A DNA stretch of 64,000 nucleotides, taken from positions 704,001 through 768,000 of the forward strand of contig CAVVLO010000001.1 in the NCBI GenBank assembly GCA_963749155.1. Reading direction: 5' to 3'. This document shows, piece after piece, positions 58,013 to 64,000 of the stretch. The DNA is from an uncultured Armatimonadia bacterium. GTDB lineage: Bacteria > Armatimonadota > Zipacnadia > CAVVLO01. The notes under the pieces were generated by a model. That model saw nothing but the letters and a program-made list of their open reading frames with translations. It did not search any database and was not told the origin of the DNA. The number at the start of each line of letters is the position of its first letter. Within the stretch, counting starts at the first letter, position 1. A program made the position numbers and the translations under genes.

Positions 58013-61000
58013 TTGTCTAAGCCTTTTGTTCATCTGCACACCCACACGGAGTACAGCTTGCTGGACGGCGCTGGGCGGATCTTCGACCTCGTAGCCCGCG
58101 CAAAAGAACTCGGACAACCTGCTCTGGCGATGACTGACCATGGCGTTATGCATGGCCTGGTGGAGTTCTACCAGGAGTGCGTGAAGGCCGGTATAAAGCC
58201 AATCCTGGGGTGCGAAGTTTATCTGGCCATCGGCGCGCGCGAGGAGAAGGTAGGCAAACCCGGCGATTTCAACCATCTGGTGCTATATGCGAAGAACCGC
58301 GAGGGGTACAAGAACCTCGTCCAGGTGGTCTCGGAAGGGCATCTCACCGGTTTCTACTACAAACCCCGAGTAGACAAGGCCTTGCTGCGCGAGCATAGCG
58401 CCGGGCTGATGGCGAGTTCCGCCTGTCTTTCAGGCGAGCTTTCGGTGCTGCTCGCGCGTGATGACAAAGCAGGCGCTGCCAAGGCGCTTGAAGAGTATCT
58501 GGCCATCTTTGGCGAGGGCAATTTCTTCGTTGAAGTGATGAACCACGGCATCGAAGGCGAGCTTAAAGTCATCGAGCCGCTACGCGATCTGGCTTACAAG
58601 TATGGCGTCCCCGTAATAGCCACTAACGATGCCCACTATGTGCTGAAGGAAGACGCGCCCGCCCAGGACTTGCTGATGTGCATAGATATGGGCAAGAAGC
58701 TGGACGACCCCGACCGGATGCGTTTCACGGGGGATAGCTTCTACCTCAAGAGCTATGAAGAGATGCTCGAGGTTACGGGGTATGAAGAAGAACTCGACAA
58801 CACCTTGATGGTGGCCGATAAAGTAGACCTGGAACTAGAATTCGGCGAGATGAGGTTGCCGCGTTTTCCGGTGCCGGATGGCCTGAGTGAACCTGACCAT
58901 CTGCGCAAGCTGACTTATGCCGGGCTTGCGCAGCGATATGGCGAGCGGGCCGAGGAGCTGCGGGGGCAAATAGACTACGAGCTGGATATCATCATCCAGA
59001 AAGGTTATACGGCTTATTTCCTCATTGTGGCGGACTTCGTCCAATACGCCAAAGACATTGGGATGCTGGTTGGCCCAGGGAGGGGGTCGGCGGCAGGTTG
59101 TATGGTCTCCTACTGCCTGGGCATCACGGAGCTTGACCCAACCCGGTTCGGGCTAATCTTCGAGCGGTTCCTTAATCCCGACCGGAAGGACCCGCCTGAT
59201 ATTGATCTGGACTTCCCCGAAGACCGCAGGCAGGAAGTCATAGACTATGTAGTGCGCAAGTATGGCGAGGACAAGGTCGGCCAGATAGCGACCTTCGGGC
59301 GGATGAAAGCCAGAGCGGCAGTGCGAGACGCCGGCCGGGCACTGGATGTGCCTCTGCCCGAGGTGGACAAAGTCGCAAAACTGATCCCGCCGAATAATAC
59401 CTTCGATGAAGCGCTTGAGGCTTCCCCTGAACTGAAGGAGCTTTGCAGCACCAACAAGCAAGCCCATGACTTGATAGAGAGAGCCAAGCAGATCGAGGGG
59501 CTTGCGCGTCATAGCTCCCGTCATGCGGCAGGTATTATCATCAGCGCAGAGCCTCTGGCCGACCTGGCGCCCATGCTGCGAGCTGAAGATGGACAGCCGA
59601 CAGTGCAGTTCTCGATGGACGCCTGTAAAGAGATGGGCTTGCTGAAGATGGACTTTCTCGGGCTACGCAACCTGACGCTGCTCAGGCATGCGCTGGACCT
59701 GATTGAAGCCAACCACGGCGTGAAACTCGACCTTAACGAGCTAACTCTGGACGATGGGCCCACCCTGGAGCTTTTCACGCGTGGCGAGGCTATTGGGCTC
59801 TTCCAGTTTGAGAGCGCCGGGATGCGCAACCTGCTGAAGGACTTCAAACCCGACAGGTTCGAGCATCTCATTATGTTGAACGCGCTGTACCGGCCCGGGC
59901 CGATGAGGATGATCGACCAGTTTGTTAACCGGCGGCATGGCAGGGAGGCTGTGGATTATCCAGCCCAGGTGCTGCAGCCGGTGCTCGAGGAGACTTACGG
60001 CATCATCGTGTATCAGGAGCAGGTGATGCGCATCGCGGCAGAGCTTGCCGGTTTCACAATGAGCCAGGCGGAAACCCTGATGAAGGCGATGGGCAAGAAG
60101 AAGCAAGACCTGATGGACAAGGCGCGGCCGCAGTTCGTCGAAGGCGCAAAGGAGCGCGGGTTCACAGAAAACCATGCCATCGAGATCTGGAACTTGATGG
60201 CCAAGTTTGCCGAGTATGGTTTCAACAAGTCTCACAGCGCGGCCTATTCGCTGGTGGCTTATCAGACTGCCTACCTGAAAGCGCACTATCCAGCCGAATA
60301 TATGGCGGCGCTAATCACCTCGGTTATGGGCAACCACGACAAGCTGAAACTATACATCTCCGAGACTCAGCGGATGGGCCTGAAGCTGCTGCCACCCGAT
60401 ATCAACCGCAGCAACTGGGAGTTCACCACCGAAGAGGGCAGCATCAGGTATGGGCTAGGCGCGGTGAAGGGTTTTGGAGAGGCGGCGTGCCAGCTTATCC
60501 AGGAGGACAGAGCAGAAACAGGCGACTACCACGATTTGTATGAGCTTTGCGAACGGCTGGCGCCAAAGGCAGTCAACAGGGCCGCACTGGAGCTGCTGGC
60601 CCGCGCGGGGGCGCTGGACGGGCTGGGCGGGCACCGGATGCAACTGCTGGCTGGGGTGCCTGAGGCTTTTGCTTTTGCTCAAAAAAGGGCTTTGGAGAAA
60701 GCGGCAGGGCAGCTTTCTCTGCTTGGATTCGCCTCCGAGGAGTCGGGCGAGGCGCTGGTAGACCAGCCGCCACTACCTAATCTGCCCCAGATACCTCCTG
60801 AAGAACTGGCTCAGATTGAGCGCGAATTGCTGGGAGTGCGCTTTTCGTATGATCCGCTGGGCAACGCGATGGCGGACCTCGAGAAGAAGACCCAACTCAG
60901 CCTGGGCGAACTTGCCGAGGCCAAAGATGTGGACCGAGTTGTCGTAGGCGGGGTTATCACCGATGTGCGGACTACAATGACGAGGTCGGAAACGCCGGTA

Positions 61001-61564
61001 CAGATGGGCTGGATTACCATCGAGGACGCCACCGGCAGCCTGGATGTGACGTTATTCCCCAGAACCTGGGATCAATATAAAGATTATTGCAAGGAAGATC
61101 AGGTCGTAGTGGTGCGGGGCCGGCTGGAGCGAAAAATCCAGAACAACCTTCAAGAGGCCGAAGATGAAAGTGAAGGGGACTTTTCGGGCGGCTCGCTAAT
61201 GCTGACCTGCGACGAATTGTGGCCACTTGCACTAGCGCGGCCAGTCAGACGGGGGCTCAAGCGAGGCGGCAAGCCAAAGCCGAAGCCCGAACAGAAAAAA
61301 ACCAGTTCTACGGCGGTGCTCGATACAGGCGCGCCGGTACTGGTAGAGGTCTCGACCGAGCTTGCGGCCAGCAACCTGGAAGCCCTGGAAAACGCCCTGG
61401 CGGATTTCCCGAAAGGAAAACGAAAAGTGTTGCTGGCTGTGGTTTCCCAAACTGAGCGAGCTTGTGTACAATTGGCATCTGTCGAGGATTTCGACAACCG
61501 GCTAGTGGGGGAACTTGTACGAGTCTTTGGACGCGAGCAAGTAAGAATAGTTACTGGAGGCTAG
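58013..61564 (+). CDS. dnaE: DNA polymerase III alpha subunit
   Basis: [44 protein letters not shown]-fold. Confidence 0.98.
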   Translation: MSKPFVHLHTHTEYSLLDGAGRIFDLVARAKELGQPALAMTDHGVMHGLVEFYQECVKAGIKPILGCEVYLAIGAREEKVGKPGDFNHLVLYAKNREGYKNLVQVVSEGHLTGFYYKPRVDKALLREHSAGLMASSACLSGELSVLLARDDKAGAAKALEEYLAIFGEGNFFVEVMNHGIEGELKVIEPLRDLAYKYGVPVIATNDAHYVLKEDAPAQDLLMCIDMGKKLDDPDRMRFTGDSFYLKSYEEMLEVTGYEEELDNTLMVADKVDLELEFGEMRLPRFPVPDGLSEPDHLRKLTYAGLAQRYGERAEELRGQIDYELDIIIQKGYTAYFLIVADFVQYAKDIGMLVGPGRGSAAGCMVSYCLGITELDPTRFGLIFERFLNPDRKDPPDIDLDFPEDRRQEVIDYVVRKYGEDKVGQIATFGRMKARAAVRDAGRALDVPLPEVDKVAKLIPPNNTFDEALEASPELKELCSTNKQAHDLIERAKQIEGLARHSSRHAAGIIISAEPLADLAPMLRAEDGQPTVQFSMDACKEMGLLKMDFLGLRNLTLLRHALDLIEANHGVKLDLNELTLDDGPTLELFTRGEAIGLFQFESAGMRNLLKDFKPDRFEHLIMLNALYRPGPMRMIDQFVNRRHGREAVDYPAQVLQPVLEETYGIIVYQEQVMRIAAELAGFTMSQAETLMKAMGKKKQDLMDKARPQFVEGAKERGFTENHAIEIWNLMAKFAEYGFNKSHSAAYSLVAYQTAYLKAHYPAEYMAALITSVMGNHDKLKLYISETQRMGLKLLPPDINRSNWEFTTEEGSIRYGLGAVKGFGEAACQLIQEDRAETGDYHDLYELCERLAPKAVNRAALELLARAGALDGLGGHRMQLLAGVPEAFAFAQKRALEKAAGQLSLLGFASEESGEALVDQPPLPNLPQIPPEELAQIERELLGVRFSYDPLGNAMADLEKKTQLSLGELAEAKDVDRVVVGGVITDVRTTMTRSETPVQMGWITIEDATGSLDVTLFPRTWDQYKDYCKEDQVVVVRGRLERKIQNNLQEAEDESEGDFSGGSLMLTCDELWPLALARPVRRGLKRGGKPKPKPEQKKTSSTAVLDTGAPVLVEVSTELAASNLEALENALADFPKGKRKVLLAVVSQTERACVQLASVEDFDNRLVGELVRVFGREQVRIVTGG

Positions 61565-61568
61565 ACTA

Positions 61569-62927
61569 GTGGAAGATCGCATTTTCTTGCCAACAAGTGA
61601 GATGCCACGTCAGTGGTACAACATCCTGCCAGACCTGCCGGAGCCTTTGGCGCCGCCGCTGCACCCAGGCACGGGACAGCCGCTGACTCCGGACCTGCTT
61701 GAGCCAATTTTCCCGATGAACCTTATCGAGCAGGAGATGTGCCCAGCCCAGTGGGTAGACATTCCGGATGAAGTTATGGACCTGCTGGCAATTTGGCGCC
61801 CGACACCGCTCAGGCGGGCCCGGCGTCTGGAGAAGCTGCTTGGGACACCGGCGAAGATCTTCTTCAAGGACGAGTCACTTAGTCCTGCCGGTTCCCACAA
61901 GCCGAACACCGCGGTAGCGCAGGCGTATTACAACAAGCAGGCAGGCGTAAAGCGCATCTCGACCGAGACTGGCGCGGGCCAGTGGGGCAGCGCGCTGTCC
62001 TTTGCCTGCTCCATGATGGGCATCGAGTGCCGGGTATTTATGGTGCGTATCAGCTACGATCAGAAGCCCTATCGCAAGATCCTGATGGGTACCTGGGGTG
62101 GCGAGTGCATCCCCAGCCCGAGCGACAGGACCGAGATCGGCCGCAGCATTCTGGCGGAGCATCCTGACTCGCCAGGTAGCCTGGGCATCGCTATCTCAGA
62201 GGCCATCCAGGACATCATCCAGGATCCCAAGGCCAAGTACAGCCTGGGCAGCGTGCTAAACCACGTTATCCTGCATCAGACCGTAATAGGCCTGGAGGCG
62301 CGCAAGCAGCTTGCCAGCCTGGACCTGTATCCTGACGTGGTCATCGGTTGCGTAGGCGGCGGCAGCAACTTCGGCGGAATTGCGATGCCTTTCGCGCATG
62401 ACAAGATGCATGATGGCAAGAGTGATATGCGCATCGTGGCGGTCGAGCCCTCGAGTTGCCCGACACTGACGAAGGGCCTTTATGCCTATGACTTCGGCGA
62501 CACGGGCAAAATGACTCCGCTGCTGCTGATGTATACGCTGGGACACGATTTCGTGCCGCCGCCAGTACATTCGGGCGGGCTGCGTTATCACGGCACAGCG
62601 CCTATCATCGCCAACCTGGCGAAGAACGGCATTATCGAAGCCACCTCGTATATGCAGAACCCAGTGTTCGAGGCCGCGCTTACTTTCGCTCGGACCGAGG
62701 GTATGGTACCGGCGCCAGAGACTGCTCACGCAATCAAGGCGACCATCGACGAGGCGCTGAAGTGCAAGGAGACGGGCGAGGAGAAGACTATACTCTTCTG
62801 TTATAGCGGGCATGGGCTGCTTGATTTGGCGGCTTATGATGCTTATCTCTCAGGCCGGCTTCCCGACCTGGAATACGACCCGTCCGAGCTGGATCGCGCG
62901 TTGAACGCGCTTCCGAAGCTTGACTAG
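61569..62927 (+). CDS. trpB: TrpB-like PLP-dependent enzyme (TrpB2)
   Basis: [54 protein letters not shown]. Confidence 0.93.
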   Translation: MEDRIFLPTSEMPRQWYNILPDLPEPLAPPLHPGTGQPLTPDLLEPIFPMNLIEQEMCPAQWVDIPDEVMDLLAIWRPTPLRRARRLEKLLGTPAKIFFKDESLSPAGSHKPNTAVAQAYYNKQAGVKRISTETGAGQWGSALSFACSMMGIECRVFMVRISYDQKPYRKILMGTWGGECIPSPSDRTEIGRSILAEHPDSPGSLGIAISEAIQDIIQDPKAKYSLGSVLNHVILHQTVIGLEARKQLASLDLYPDVVIGCVGGGSNFGGIAMPFAHDKMHDGKSDMRIVAVEPSSCPTLTKGLYAYDFGDTGKMTPLLLMYTLGHDFVPPPVHSGGLRYHGTAPIIANLAKNGIIEATSYMQNPVFEAALTFARTEGMVPAPETAHAIKATIDEALKCKETGEEKTILFCYSGHGLLDLAAYDAYLSGRLPDLEYDPSELDRALNALPKLD

Positions 62928-62962
62928 CTGACCCAGGCCCCTGAAGGGCCGAGGCGAAAACG

Positions 62963-64000
62963 TTGAGACTCATCGAAGCCAAAGCGGGCGCTTTGGCCGA
63001 GGCGATCGAGCGGATTCCGCGGCTTTCCACCGAGGAACTCGAGACCGTCGAGGAAAGCGTCCGGCAAATAGTAAGTGACGTGGCCGAGGGGGGCGATGAA
63101 GCCCTCCTCGGCTGGGTCCACAAGTTTGACTGGCCCGCGCCGAGTGTCTGCGCGCTCGCAGCCAGCCCTGCCGAATTTGAAGAGGCCGATGCTGCTCTTG
63201 ATGAGGAATTGAAAGCGGCCCTCCGTCAGGCTGCCGAAAATCTTTGGCGCTATCAGGAGCGGATGGTCGGGGAGACCTGGCTGGAAGAATTCGAGCCAGG
63301 GGTCAAACTCGGTCAGCATGTGGTGCCAGTGGACAGGGCAGGCCTGTATGCGCCAGGCGGCACGGCGGGTTATCCCTCTACCGTGCTGATGACCGCCATA
63401 CCGGCCAAAGTAGCTGGCGTCGAGTCTGTGGCCCTGGCAAGTCCACCTGACAAAACTGGCAAGCTGCGCCCGGAGATCCTTTTTGCTGCGCGGCTGTGCG
63501 GGGTGGACGAGGTCTGGAAAATGGGCGGGGCGCAGGCTATTGCCGCGCTTGCATATGGTACCGAGACTCTCCGCAAGGTAGATACGCTGGTTGGGCCGGG
63601 CAGGCTTGCCGTAACAATGGCCAAGAAGCTGGTTTATGGCCAGGTAGGTATTGACGGGCTGGCGGGGCCAACCGAGATATTGATAATTGCCGACTGCGAA
63701 GCGCCTGATGCTTTCGTGGCCGCTGATGTGCTGGGCCAGGCCGAACACGCGCCTGATGCCCGCTGCACGGTTGTAGTGACTGACCTTTCACAGGCGCTGC
63801 GCATCGAGGCTGAAGTGGGCAGCCAGCTTGGGAAGCTGCCGCGAGCCGAGATCGCGCGCGAGGCGCTGGACAGGCTGGGAGCTATTGTAGTGGTGGCTTC
63901 TCTTGAAGAGGCCTGCCAGGTTGCCAATGCGCTAGCGCCCGAGCATCTTGAAGTGCTGGTGCGTAAACCGCTGGAGCTGGTGCCACTGCTCAGGCATGCG
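62963..64000 (+). CDS. hisD: Histidinol dehydrogenase (runs off the window end)
   Basis: TTG at 62963; GDEALL, GLYAPGGTAGYPSTVLMTAIPAKVAGV, GGAQAIAALAYGT, AGPTE, QAEH, APEHLE. Confidence 0.95.
   Translation, partial: MRLIEAKAGALAEAIERIPRLSTEELETVEESVRQIVSDVAEGGDEALLGWVHKFDWPAPSVCALAASPAEFEEADAALDEELKAALRQAAENLWRYQERMVGETWLEEFEPGVKLGQHVVPVDRAGLYAPGGTAGYPSTVLMTAIPAKVAGVESVALASPPDKTGKLRPEILFAARLCGVDEVWKMGGAQAIAALAYGTETLRKVDTLVGPGRLAVTMAKKLVYGQVGIDGLAGPTEILIIADCEAPDAFVAADVLGQAEHAPDARCTVVVTDLSQALRIEAEVGSQLGKLPRAEIAREALDRLGAIVVVASLEEACQVANALAPEHLEVLVRKPLELVPLLRHA

Noticed and set aside
58013..61564. Intein in DnaE
   Set aside because: Length (1183 aa) and motif continuity are normal, with no intein signatures.
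62924..63748. 274-aa minus-strand ORF
   Set aside because: It is the antisense of hisD, which the ORF track missed because it has no stop in the window.

Overview
GC-rich bacterial chromosomal segment. DUF1559-type prepilins and TPEP-CTERM proteins suggest an Armatimonadota-like organism (inference). About 20 genes are split by single-base indels, most likely long-read errors. The standout is 1-5.7 kb, a tandem polymorphic pilin-like locus. It has four complete type IV pilin-like genes plus a partial fifth; the four share an identical 59-aa N-terminus, and their variable C-terminal domains fall into two alternating subtypes. They are interleaved with a family of small secreted 10-Cys proteins (one frameshifted, one lacking a clean stop, one internally deleted), each followed by the same GC hairpin. 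Two membrane-anchored CxxC thioredoxin-fold genes lie upstream. A Grx-CcdA/DsbD-like gene at 11.5 kb appears displaced from the array by a ~5.6 kb insertion bounded by a duplicated promoter/5' end. The rest holds two paralogous PAS histidine kinases, carbohydrate-active genes (GH43, GH2, GH32, GH31, beta-helix proteins), Rrf2-hcp, a photolyase, a 2-oxoacid:ferredoxin oxidoreductase, two PEP-CTERM genes, a 23S-5S rRNA operon without 16S whose 23S has covariant changes in the sarcin-ricin loop and H71, and dnaE-trpB2-hisD.
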